NCBI GenBank assembly: GCA_013115145.1
Contig: JAAPAO010000094.1
Span: 1 to 64,000 of the forward strand
Length of the DNA stretch: 64,000 nt
DNA from: Perkinsus chesapeaki ATCC PRA-425
Taxonomy: Eukaryota > Protista > Perkinsozoa
Reading direction: 5' to 3'
The number at the start of each line of letters is the position of its first letter. The stretch's first letter is position 1. Under the pieces are notes generated by a model, which did no database searches, was not told the origin of the DNA, and saw only the letters and a program-made list of their open reading frames with translations. Position numbers and translations under genes: made by a program. This document shows positions 12,683 through 24,071 of this stretch, piece after piece.

Positions 12683-15110
12683 ATGTCGTCGGTCCTTGCC
12701 GGCATGGGCGATCTCGAGAGGAGGCTCACTCGCGTGGCGAATGGATGTCGGCAGATTAAGAGCTCGGACGGTGTTGAAGAGGCTAGTGTGAGTTGACGGT
12801 AGTGGCGGGGTGAGTCGAATGGTAGGTGGAGGGAAGCAAGGATAAATTTATTGGCATAAAAAGGGAGTTGGTGGTAGCGATGAGGATGTTGAAGGATGCT
12901 CTACAGCAGCGGAAAAAGGTAATGTTGTGGGCGAAAAGAAGGGAAACAGTAGAGGTTGAAGCAATGATGATAATTACCACGGCAGAGTAGATGGATAGTG
13001 AGATTTCTAGATATCTGAACTGAATGCGAGGTTTTGCAATACCACATAGAGTACCACCTAGTAGGTCGGCTTAAACGTTAAATGCTTGTCTCTGGCTAAT
13101 GGCGTCCTCACAGCCATTATAGCGGTATCGCTGTCGACTCTCGTTATGGTCATTCCTTGTTAAGCGCCAAATAAGCTCTTGGAGGCACGAGTGCCGTCGC
13201 CGTGTAGAGGGATGAGGTCCCGCAGTGGTTCGAGTTGGAATTGGTCAGGTATATCGAGATGGTAAAGGTGGCAGCAGCAACCCGGAGTATATTAAACTGA
13301 CAGTTCGAGCCAGGACTCTGTTGGAGCAATGCCGAGCTAGAACTAACGCTCTACGACAAGTAAGCTACCACTGACATGGGTGTAGGAGTGCGCTGGAGTC
13401 GCTGGAGTGTCTTGCCGGCCTATGGAGGTTAAGGGTTTCCGTGCATCTGTCGATCACTAGGCTTCACTGAATCATTGTCATATAGGTTTTGTTTAAATTA
13501 GTTCGTTTGACTTCAGGTCCTCCGGGAGCAATGTGCACATGCTAACTCTACTCGAGCGCGTCTGGGCACAAGACTGAGCCAACGAGAGCTGGACTGGAGG
13601 TGGGTGGGAAGAGTGGAGGCTCGGATTATGGCCAAGTCTAGGTACGATCAGCTGTCGGTGATAACAGAGTACACTGACCTTTGCTCGACCTGTATTAAGG
13701 AGCCTTCAAAGGTGCTCCTCGGGGAGGAAAAATTGTTCTTAATGCGGAAATTTTGCCAGAAAAGTTGTTCCTAGGCCAAAAGGAAACATAAAGTATACTC
13801 CTCCTGGCGATATTTGACGCTCCTCTTTGCCTCCCAGACTCCAAGCCGCGCCTCATCGGTTGGGTTGTTCTTTCTTGCGATGGAGGTGTAGGGTTTGATA
13901 CTGCAGGCTATTCCCGAGATACCACCGGATTTATCTGAAGCATCAACTGATGTTAGAAGTGCCCGAAGGAAGCTCTTCGATGGAGGGGAACAGAGAGTCT
14001 CGCCTATAAAGCGGGGCAGCGGGGTAAGTCTAGAATTTGGTCATCACCCCGGTGGTGCTAATACAGTATCATATAACCTATTGCATTATGATAATGTGAT
14101 ATAGTAGCAAACATTCATTATAGTAGGCTCAGGTATAGATCAGTAATACTGACTTAGTTTTTATGCAGCATAGTTTATCATAAATTATGTCTTAGGAGCA
14201 ATGGGAGGTGTCCCGGCCATCTCATCGTGTAGGAGAGCTGTCCGTTGGGGAAGAAGATGCTATGGAAGAGTGGACGGTTAAGATGGATGCGATTGATAAG
14301 GGTGGGTAAGGAGGTTATAGAGCTTAATAGAGTTATAGAGCTTAATAGAGTTATAGAGCTTAATAGAGTTATAGAGCTTAATAGAGTTATAGAGCTTAAT
14401 AGAGTNNNNNNNNNNNNNNNNNNNNNNNNNNNNNNNNNNNNNNNNNNNNNNNNNNNNNNNNNNNNNNNNNNNNNNNNNNNNNNNNNNNNNNNNNNNNNNN
14501 NNNGTTATAGAGCTCCGGCCGAATATTGCTTTCGAGCAGTCAGCATTGTCTGGAATTTAATAAGGAAAAAAATTACGAATAAGCTCAAGAATTTACACTT
14601 ACACCTAGAAGTGTAGCTAAGCTCGGCTTAGTTCTTGTGGACTGCTCGCTCTTCCCAGAGGTGGACGAGATAGACGTGATGGTTGATCGATTGAAGGAGA
14701 TAGCGTTGGAGATGGGGGAAGCTGGGAATAGGCATGCCGAATTGATAGAGAAAATCAAGGAGCGAAATGATAATGTTGACGGGGGTATACGGGTAAGTTG
14801 GTCTCTACCTTGCAGCTGGTCGATATCTCATCGAATTGGTGAAATACATGCGCCAGTCGATTCTGGCATTTCCAAACACTTTATGGTGAGAGAAAATCAT
14901 CGGCCGGAAAATTCATATTAAGAGCAAAGGTTTGGAAGGAAAACTGGGCATTGAGGGAAAGCGCTAGACAATTGGTGACTTTAGGCGGTGAGCGATAGAG
15001 TACGAAGTATCGTGATAACTGAAAACAAGAGCGCTATGACATGCCGCATCATCCTGGGCTTCGTGTTGCTGGTTATGATTGGTTGGATCTATTCAAGAGT
15101 CAAAGATTGA
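12683..15110 (+). CDS. Tail-anchored Qc-SNARE (SYP7/syntaxin-8-like)
   Basis: SNARE heptad EVDEIDVMVDRLKEIALEMGEAGNRHAELIEKIKERNDNVDGGIRAVSDRV followed by C-terminal TM MTCRIILGFVLLVMIGWIYSRVKD*. Upstream exons have GT-AG boundaries. The gene spans an N gap. Confidence 0.7.
14314..14514 (+). repeat. 18-bp minisatellite (GTTATAGAGCTTAATAGA)n running into a scaffold gap
   Basis: Five perfect units at 14314-14403, N run at 14406-14503, and a partial unit resuming at 14504. Lies in a SNARE intron. Confidence 0.9.
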
Positions 15111-15256
15111 GGGTCTTGTTGCTGCTGCTTGTATGTTTCCAAGTTGCTATGCATGCATATTAACTGTTGTTCTAGACTAACTCTGTTGAGCTATTGTCAA
15201 TGCAATCCATGAGACACACACATAATTACGGTGAGAACTAGTTAAGACCAAAGCGA

Positions 15257-16500
15257 ATGGTATCAAGCAAGGAGGCCGTAAGTCACGTGAGCAACAAGTA
15301 GTCTCTGCCGAATGTTAAGATGGGCATGGGTGGCCCATTGGGAATTATCCCGTTCCAAGATTCGTGGAAAGCAGTGACGCTAACAACCGAGATGATATAA
15401 TTCTCTATAGTTGATTTGATTTAAAATTCAGCCACATGACATATTCTGGAAGCATAAAGTCAGATCGGAATGTACGGATAAGCATCGGCCGCGGGAAGCT
15501 CAGTCCTACGTTCAGAGCTCCAAGCTGCGCGGCGCGGCGTCGAGAAGCCAGCCTGCTTTGAAGGGAGTACCGGCAGACAGTGACAGTGCTGTCAATCGCC
15601 TCAAGGTAGGCCTGTAGAGTTGGCCATTTCGAGTGTGTCTGTTCGAGATATCGATGAGCAGCCAAGCGCTGCAGAGTCGGTTCCATACCCGAGGGATCTC
15701 TGAACAGATGAAAGAGAGAAACGAGTTCTGCGGGCAGCTGTTGCAGCTTGGCGGGAGGCGATGGAGAGGCTTCCGTTCTGAGTAGGCTGCCCACTTGCTT
15801 CGGCGTGTCTCTCCCGTGTGGCTCCTCCCAGTGTATCTTAACATACTTATTTCAGTGCTCGAGACAGGTTATCCAATGGAAAGGTCATGAGTGCTTTCGA
15901 TAAGAGTAAGTTGAGGCTCGCTCAGCCTTCGGCGTTCTCTCGTTCGCTCATCGCCTTGTGCATCAATTTTGTCACTGGGCATTTGGTACTGTAAAAAAGT
16001 GAATAGTGCGTTGTTAGTAAAGATGCGAGATGCTGCGTCAGGTGCACTGGAAGCGCAGCAATCTATAGCACAACTCCTACAAAAGCATGTCAGCTTTACA
16101 CCTTCTGTGCCTGGTTACCGACCGGAGAAAGGTAACCGATCCTTCCCCACCGAATTTTGTCTCCTCCTCGCTCGGCGAACATCGCTGTTAGCATTAGCTT
16201 CGAATCTTCATAGTAGACGGCTGTCGTTAGTGACCTGCTTTTGCAGTCGAACCGAAGCCAGAGAAGAAGCGGCTAAAGTCAGCGGAGAGCTTCACTGATT
16301 TGGATTACGAGCTTGCCGAGAAACGTGAAGCACAGCTGGAAAGGATTCAAGTGTACGTTTATAGCAAGGCGGCTTTGGTTTCTGCGGGACTTTCATCCGC
16401 TTTTCCCGTAGACGAGCAGAGACTGGTGTGACTTTGGTGATCAGGTATCGGTACCACAGGCGGGCTGATGGAGCGTCACACACTGTCAGAATCGGCCTCC
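15257..16500 (-). CDS. Hypothetical multi-exon protein
   Basis: Several protein-like open segments (ORFs 16292-16483 and 15405-15794, terminal exon RHCFPRILERD...VTYGLLA*). No domain recognised; boundaries uncertain. Confidence 0.3.
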
Positions 16501-16643
16501 TGGAAAGTGTTATGAAAAGTACCGCATGAAGCTAGCAATGCGATGTCATTGGTTGGCACTTTGAAGAGTTCGTATTAGATTGGTTTGATATTTCCGTTTG
16601 CAATCCAAGAGTCAAGCTCGGATAACATGGCAACCTGTGCACA

Positions 16644-17400
16644 TTGATAGATTTGCGTACTTGGATATTTCGCCCACTTGGCCTCAGCGCATCGTCAAAT
16701 CGCAGGAATGATAGGGCGCTGAGGGAGTCAGCTCAACTATCAGGTTCCATGAGCTCGGCTGACTCGCGGTCCTTATCTCCTGGGCCATCTATCGGTAGCG
16801 ATATTATGCTTCGGAATTCATCCTCAGAGTAAGCCTGAGTGTTCAGTTGCCTTGACCTATCCCGAGTCTGCTAGATACATCAGCTCTATGTACAGCGCGG
16901 AGAGTGTGTTGGCCCAGCGCAAGCAGCAGGCGAATGATTGGCGAGCACGGAGGGATCTTACTGTAGCTGGACGAGTCGAAATTCGAGGTGGCCAATGGTA
17001 GTCATTCAGATAGAGCGCCTACTGGCGATTGAAGCCTTCAAGGAGAGTCGCTTCGAGCTAGCACTGTACCGCAAGGCCAGACAGGTGAGTTAAATTGGTC
17101 GTGGCTTGAGAACGGTTTGGCATTTTAAGGTGGAGGAGCTCGAGAGGAGGAAGATGCACTCTAGAGCCTATGACCAGATATTGTCCTGTCAGCGGAACTG
17201 GCTGGTACGTTCCTACAAGTGTTCTTATCACCAAGACCAGTGCTGCTGCACAATGTACAGTGCACGTATTCTTTTACCTTTCTCCTCTCGCAAATGCCCT
17301 ACGTGAAGCATTAGAAACTCGCGAAGAAAGAACCAAATGTTTTCCAGTATTAGCGATTCTTTATCGACCGCTAGTTCAGTAGCCGCTGAGTTGGTTGTTT
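16644..17400 (+). CDS. Hypothetical multi-exon protein
   Basis: AG/GT-bounded exons IERLLAIEAFKESRFELALYRKARQ and VEELERRKMHSRAYDQILSCQRNWL. Ends uncertain. Confidence 0.35.
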
Positions 17401-18400
17401 CGTGTGGGAACAGTCAAGTTTTCTGACCGGTGGAGGATCCTGTTTTGATACTGTCAGGGCGCTCTGGCCTTCGCTAGCTTCATGTCCTTTGTGTCTGACG
17501 AAGTCAACTTGATACGATTGAAGAGCGGTAGTTATTTGTTGAGCTGCTGGAGGAGAGAGACTCCCTTCCCGTCCATCAGGTACCGGAGGAAATAAGAAAA
17601 ATTCGAGACAGGGTGGGGCACCTCGAACGACAATAGCCAAGTTACAGTGAGTGTTTTGCTGCTATTTCCGTTTGATAAGTCTGGCCTTCAGATACGAAGC
17701 CGTTCTCGCGAAGCAGCAGGAACTCGATGAGCTCATGGCCGACGCGGATGTCCAGAGGCTTGTGCCTCTTCTTCAGGCCCACTATTCTCTCCGGTTCAGA
17801 ATAAGGTAAGTCTGATTCATCGCAAGTGTGTAGCATTCCCTTGTAGGCGTCGAAGGAGAGCGGCGGCGGTCGTCATGGCCTGCTTGAAGTCGTGGAAGTA
17901 CCAAGTCTGGCAACCTCGCTGAGTTTATTGACCCTTCAGGACGGCAGGAAAGATTATGCTGGCAACAAGGAAGTTCCACGAGCGTTGCCGCCGCATACAG
18001 AGATTTTGGCGCGCAGTGAAGCGGCGCCTTGACAGGATCATACAGCACTGCTGTGACAGATGGGTGAAGCTCGAGCGACAAGTGAGCTGAAGGCTGCTCG
18101 AGAGCACGCAGCGAGCTCTGGTTGATAGATACTGTCAAAGGAGCTCAACGTTGCGCAACCTCCTGCTGGATCTGGTATGTTGTGGCTCCGTGATGAGCGG
18201 TGAAGCTCCTCGTCAGGGAACAATGCCCCCTCTAGTCGACGGGCAAGCTTCAAACCGCAACGGACTCGGCGTGCGTCTTCAAAGTGTGTCGAGGCCGTCC
18301 AGCTGACTCTGCAAGAGAGAGTGCAACTTGCTCTTCTTCCTGATCAAGTCAGGTAACTATTAATTACTTTTGTTGGAGAGCCATGCGCTCATGTCGTCAG
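17371..18400 (-). CDS. Hypothetical multi-exon protein
   Basis: A chain of minus-strand open segments (18038-18253, 17782-18138, 17642-17836, 17371-17640) separated by short intron-like gaps. Confidence 0.35.
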
Positions 18401-18727
18401 GCGAAGGTTCGTCGAGAATGAGATGAGATTCCGCCGTTTCGTTCTCCTCCCTGAGATCTACGCATGGCATGACGCTATGGAAAAGTAAGGGAGACTGCTT
18501 TATTATTTTGATACTTTAGTTCCGGAAATTGGACCATCCTGACTCAGGACACCAGTGGTCGGTCGCACCGTCGCTTATTGTGCAACTCTCAGTATCATTT
18601 TACCACACGACCGTTTTCTAGATCTTATCTAGAACACATCCTCGAACTTGCTCTCCATATCTTTTGTGAATGAGTCTTGTATCCATTGCCTTTCGTCGGG
18701 GTAGAGTATTGAATATCTTTATCACAG

Positions 18728-19232
18728 GTATCAAGATGATGTTGAGAGTTGGCGCCAGCATCGGTTGGCGGCTCGAGCAATGCAGGCAGCAGAAGGCAAG
18801 CAGACCAGATTCAGCACCGGCGACGTAGGGGCATCTCTTGCCATTTAACCGTTCACAATCCAGGTGTTCCGAGTTCCCGTTCGACCGGCGTGCCCTACTC
18901 ACATGCCTACTGACGACAATCTGATCGAGTGGTTCGCCCGATGCCGGAAGAATCCCTCGGCTTACTCCAGGATCGGCGAGGGCAGCTCGAAGGCGGCAGC
19001 TGCTGCGTTGAAGCGGTATGGCGGTGGAGAGATGATTTCCAATGAATAGGCGTTTTCGTCCAGATTCAAAACTCGACATTTCATCCTTCCGGAAGGACCG
19101 ATGACAAGCATCGACGACCTTCGATTCACTCGCCTAGATGTTGACGCCCCGAGGAATGCCAAGATCAAAGTTCGAGGTTGGGAACTCAGCGAACCCTGCC
19201 CGATGTCGCATGGTGGTTTCAGGAGTGAATGA
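18728..19232 (+). CDS. Hypothetical protein (at least 3 exons, start not located)
   Basis: Exons YQDDVESWRQHRLAARAMQ..., VFRVPVRPACPTHMPTDDNLIEWFARCRK... and FKTRHFILPEGPM...GFRSE* join in frame across GT-AG introns. Confidence 0.45.
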
Positions 19233-20409
19233 TGCGATGGAAGGCATCCTGGTTCCGGACATGACTTCATTACCCGACCCTTAGGTCTTTGACCATGTCA
19301 CTTTGTGTACTTGGATTATGGTCCATTAAAGCTGTCTGGCGTGTTGTTAGTTTTCAAACCACTCTATTGGTCGATATGAAGTCTTTCTATACTTGTCGAG
19401 ATACCTGTTATTACCTGGTAACACTCGAAGTGCTACCCATTCTCGCCATCACGGGTTTCCAGCTTGGCGACGTTGAAAAGGGCCGGATAGCGGTCCCTAG
19501 GCCCTACCCTGCTCACTGGCCATCCAGGAAGCTTTCATAGTAAAATCAGCGTTCCTATGATATGGCGTGGGACCGATGCCGGCTGTGATGCGTAACTATC
19601 ATTGGGTCGACAAATCTACAGTCGCACGGCATTTGCGCACGCGTGCAGCTTGCACGCATGCGCATCTCAGTGGCATCGTTTCACTGTCGTTGGCTCGGTA
19701 ACAGGTCCTCGGCTGACGCTCCTTGCCGAGGGTTAAAAAGGTCGAAGCAAGCTCTTTGTTGGGACATTTGCCCACTGCGCAGGCGTTTGGCAGTGGTCGG
19801 TTGCCGGTATGAGCTTCCTTCGGGATATGCCACGTGAGGGACTGTTAGGCCTGGTTACAGTGTAACCGTTACACCTCAGTCCTCCTGGACTCTTCCCGCC
19901 TACTATGGTGAGAATCTAGCTCTGAGCTCTATCTTGGACTTATGTGATCACCAATTCTTCCCAGTCCGGGAGACAGTTTTTGTGTCGGCCCCGTTGGCTT
20001 AAACGCGAACGGTGTCTCAAAGGGTTTCGGCCTCTGTGCGCAGCCTCTCATCGGTATACCACTACAGTCCTGCGGTCGCCCCTTACCAATGACCACACTC
20101 GGCAGGATTCCTTCCGTTCTCGCTACTGGACTACTAGGAAGGAGCCCAATGAGGCTTAGCGCTGCTGCGCTCTCTCGAGCAGGCATGACCATAGGCGCGC
20201 GGTGGGCTCCGGTCGCTTTGGGAACTCGAGAGCCCATGGGATTCGCGGGACACCAGACGGCTGGCTTCGCTTCAACCAAAGAAGTATGAATGCTCAGTAG
20301 TCTTGCTCCGTCTACGACACCGGTCACGATGGTTCGGCTAGTATTCTGGCCCGGCTGCTGGGGACACATGGAATGTTTTTCACAGGTCTCATTATCTCAT
20401 TCATCGATC

Positions 20410-23400
20410 ATGTCCGGTTCCGGAGCCCAGCCCAACGCTGCTCGATACGTGCTACCCGATAACATTGCTATTAGCGAGTATGCCATTCACCTCAAGCCCA
20501 ATTTCGACAACTTCCTCTTTCAAGGATCCTCAAAGATTTCACTTGCTGTGACGAGGCCCACGAAGACGATCAAGCTCAATGCTAAGGAACTCTCCATCGA
20601 CCCTAGCGTAGGCCCGTACGGGTGGGAGAGATTGGGCGTATGTGTTGTTGGTGCTCAGGTGACCTATACTCCCGTTGGTGGTTCACCTATCACAGCCTCA
20701 TCCGTTAGTGTGTCTAAGGCCGCTACGGAATGCACATTTGAGTTCCCCGAGGAACTTAAGGTTGGTGAGGGTGAATTAGCCATTGAGTATGTTGGAACAC
20801 TTAATGATCAAATGGCTGGTTTTTATAGATCTGGGTAATAATACAGTACAAGTGGATGATATATACTTTAATAGATACGTTGACCAATTTGGTAAAAATA
20901 AATATATGTTGAGCACCCAAATGGAGTCTATTGATGCTAGAAGGGCGTTCCCTTGTGTGGATGAACCCAACCGGAAGGCTGTGTTCAGAATCACCATCAC
21001 CACCGATGCCAGCTTGCAGGTTTGCACCCTCAGCTTCCATTGGGCTAATTGTTGGTAGGTTCTATCAAACATGCCCGAGGCCTCCCGTACTGTCTTCAAT
21101 GGCGGGTCAGCAGAGAATCCCGTGTCCTACCAGACCGTGGAGTTCATGCCTTCACCGAAGATGAGCTCCTATTTGGTCGCTTTCTGTGTTGGGCAGTTCG
21201 AGTTTGTCCAGGATACCACAAAGAACGGGACTCTGGTAGAGCTGGTATCTTCACTACTTCCGAAGATTCAAAACTGCTCAGGTTCGTGTCCTCTGCACGC
21301 CAGGCAAGCAATCTCAGTGCGGATATGCCTTGGAAGTTGCCACCAGAGTCCTCGCTTGGTAATCTCATACCGTCTAGCGCGCCACCTGGACCGCTCCTCA
21401 GGTACGAGGAATTCTTTGGGATTCCCTATCCGCTGCCGAAGCTCGATCTCATCGCTGTTCCTGATTTCGCCATGGGAGCCATGGAGAACTGGGGCCTGGT
21501 CACCTACAGGGAGATAGACCTGTTGTGCGACGTTGAAAAGGTAGCCTGCGGGCAACTTGATTGTATGTCATTCTTGTGTGTAGCTATCAACCAAGCGTCG
21601 TGCCCGTATTACCTCGACTGTTACCCATGAGCTGGCTCATCAGTGGTTCGGCAATCTTGTCACCATGGACTGGTGGGATGGCATCTGGCTCAACGAGAGC
21701 TTCGCTTCCTTCATGGAGAACTTGAGCGCCGATGCGCTTTACCCTGAGTTGGGCATGTGGAACACGTAATGAGATAGGCGGCTGTCGATTCCAAGTAGGT
21801 AGTGATACAACAGGTACATTCATCAGTTCTTCGAGGGCGGGCTGGAACTGGACAGTCTTCGCTCCAGCCACCCCATTGTGGTGCCCATCTATCACGCTGA
21901 GGAGGTCGATCAGGTAGGCTCCGGGCTGCGGGCGACTATGTAGAGGTTCGAGTTAGGTCTTTGACCATATCTCTTATGAGAAGGGATCGGCAGTAGTAAG
22001 GCAGCTGTGGGCGGTCCTTGGAGGCGACAAGTTCCAAGAGGGCGTGCGAAGGTATATGAACGCGCACATGTATGGCAACTCCGTAACAGAGGATCTGTGG
22101 GATGCCCTGGAGAAGGTAATGGTTTGAGGAGAAGTCGGTGGAGTCGGACTGGTGGGGTTTCGTGACAGGTATCTGGGCAACCAGTGAGGGAGATGATGGA
22201 CTCATGGACAGATCAGATGGGATATCCTTTATTAGAAGTTGGTCCACGTGATACAAATGGTAACTGTAAAGTTACTCAAAGTTGGTTCCTATCTGATGGG
22301 TCAATAAAGCCAGGAGATGATGATAAGAAATGGGTTGTACCGATACTTATTGGTGATGATAAAACACCGTCTAATGAAATGGGTAAATTAACTATGATGA
22401 GAGATAAGACACAAACCATTAATGTTGGCAATGGTAAATGGGCTTTGTTAAATTATGGTGCTTGGGTGCCGTATAGAGTTCATTACACTTCATCTGATGA
22501 ATATAATAAAATCCTCGCTGGTGTAACTGATAAGACTGTTCCCGTTCCCAATAGAGTTAACCTTTTGGGTGATATCTTTGCTTTAACCAAAGCTGGACGT
22601 GTTAGCCCTGAAGATGCTCCTCGAGTATCAAAGGCGTATAGCAACGAGACCGATGCAGATGTATGGGATGCTTTATCTAATCTTATCGGTGGACTTTCGA
22701 CTATCTGTACTGGTCTTGGTCGTACGGCTGAACTCGATAAGTTGGTATCTGATATGATCGCTCCTCAACTTAATAAAGTTGGTTGGGAAAGGAAGGCTGG
22801 CGAAAGTCCAAAGGATCGTCAGCTGAGAGCTTGCTTGGCTGGTTTGGCATCCCAACATTGTGCTTCCGATAAGTCACTCGCCACGAAATGTGCCGAAATG
22901 ACTCGGGCATTCCTTGAGGATAAGAGCTCCCTTGCTGAGGACGTTCGTGTTCCTGTGTTCCGATTAGCCTTGGCCGGCAGCGATCCTTCAGTTGGTGAGG
23001 AGTTGTGGAATGAGCTCATCAAGGTGGCCGAAACCTACGAGACCCCACAGGGCTGCCGGATGGATATTTACGTCAGTATTGGTTTCATTGCCAGCCCTGC
23101 CCTCAAGAAGCGCACCCTCGACATGTGCCTTACCAACTTCATCAAGCCTCAGGATTACTTCTACCCCATGGGCGGCGTCCGTATATCCAATCAAGAGGGA
23201 TCTGATATGACATGGAAGTGGCTCTTGACCAACATAGAGGCCTGCAAGGCTCGAGTGGCCACGGCCAGCTCCTCCCTGTTAGCTGGTGTGATGCTCAACT
23301 GCACCAGGAGAGGCCTCACCTACGACATGGCGGACAACGTGGAGAAGTTGGCCAGGGAGCACGACCTTGCCTCAGTAAGCCATCCCGCCGACCTTCCTCG

Positions 23401-23528
23401 ATTATTGTTGCTTTCAGATTTCCCGAACCATCTCCCAGATAGTCGAGAACATCCGCTCCAACGCTGCCATGGTTGAGCGTGCTAGAAAGAGCGCCATCTC
23501 CACCCCGGAGTACTGGGCTGATCTCTGA
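20410..23528 (+). CDS. M1 family alanyl aminopeptidase (puromycin-sensitive-type), tandem copy 1
   Basis: [35 protein letters not shown]...WLNE (HEXXH-18-E), ISYEKG, ERAP1_C-type C-terminal domain; 10 introns. Confidence 0.95.
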
Positions 23529-24071
23529 GCCCCCACCAAAGGGCGTTATCGTCCTGCTGAGCTATCAGCAATGCTTCGCTACAAATGTGCGTCCGTAGAT
23601 ACCTTGTGCTACCGAGTTTCTTAACAACCGTATCCCTTACCCGCGGTATGTTGTGTTCCTAACGGGAGGCCATGTGCTCTTTTCGACCAGTTTTCCTCGA
23701 AAAGATGCCACTGCCAGTCCTGGGCAGCCGATTGGGCCGTCCGTTGGCTGCCTTGTCCTCCGCAATGGTACCGTTGTGTAGACCACTGTGTGCATCGTTG
23801 AAGCCGCCTCGGTGGGCTGGACTGGTTCCAAGAGTGATCTGTACGAAGACTGCTACATCAGATTTGGTATGACATGTCCATGCTTTGTGTGACCTTTTCG
23901 ATCTTTGGTGTTGCGATGGGAGTGCTCCAAGTGGTGCGCGGTGATTGAGCTAGTGGAATCTTGTGAAACGGGAGAAAGATGCAAACTAGGTCGATTCGGA
24001 GCCCAGTACTTTTCCTAGATAATGTGATATATTTTGTCGTGTAGGTATCGGCAGCAGCTTCCCGTTCATCT

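Noticed and set aside
14314-14405. Regular short repeats as a CRISPR array; 123-aa ORF of VIELNR repeats
   Set aside because: Units are head-to-tail with no spacers, there are no cas genes, the context is eukaryotic, and the ORF is a read-through of an intron.
19289-20369. Possible minus-strand gene upstream of the aminopeptidase array
   Set aside because: There are open segments but no recognisable motif or reliable splice chain, so it is not supportable from sequence alone.
22166-23174. Classic CpG-deamination or saturated fungal RIP as the explanation for the AT-rich tracts
   Set aside because: CpG and CpA dinucleotides clearly persist in the tracts, and at least one copy 1/copy 2 difference (tca vs tta) appears to run T-to-C, so a specific known mechanism cannot be asserted.
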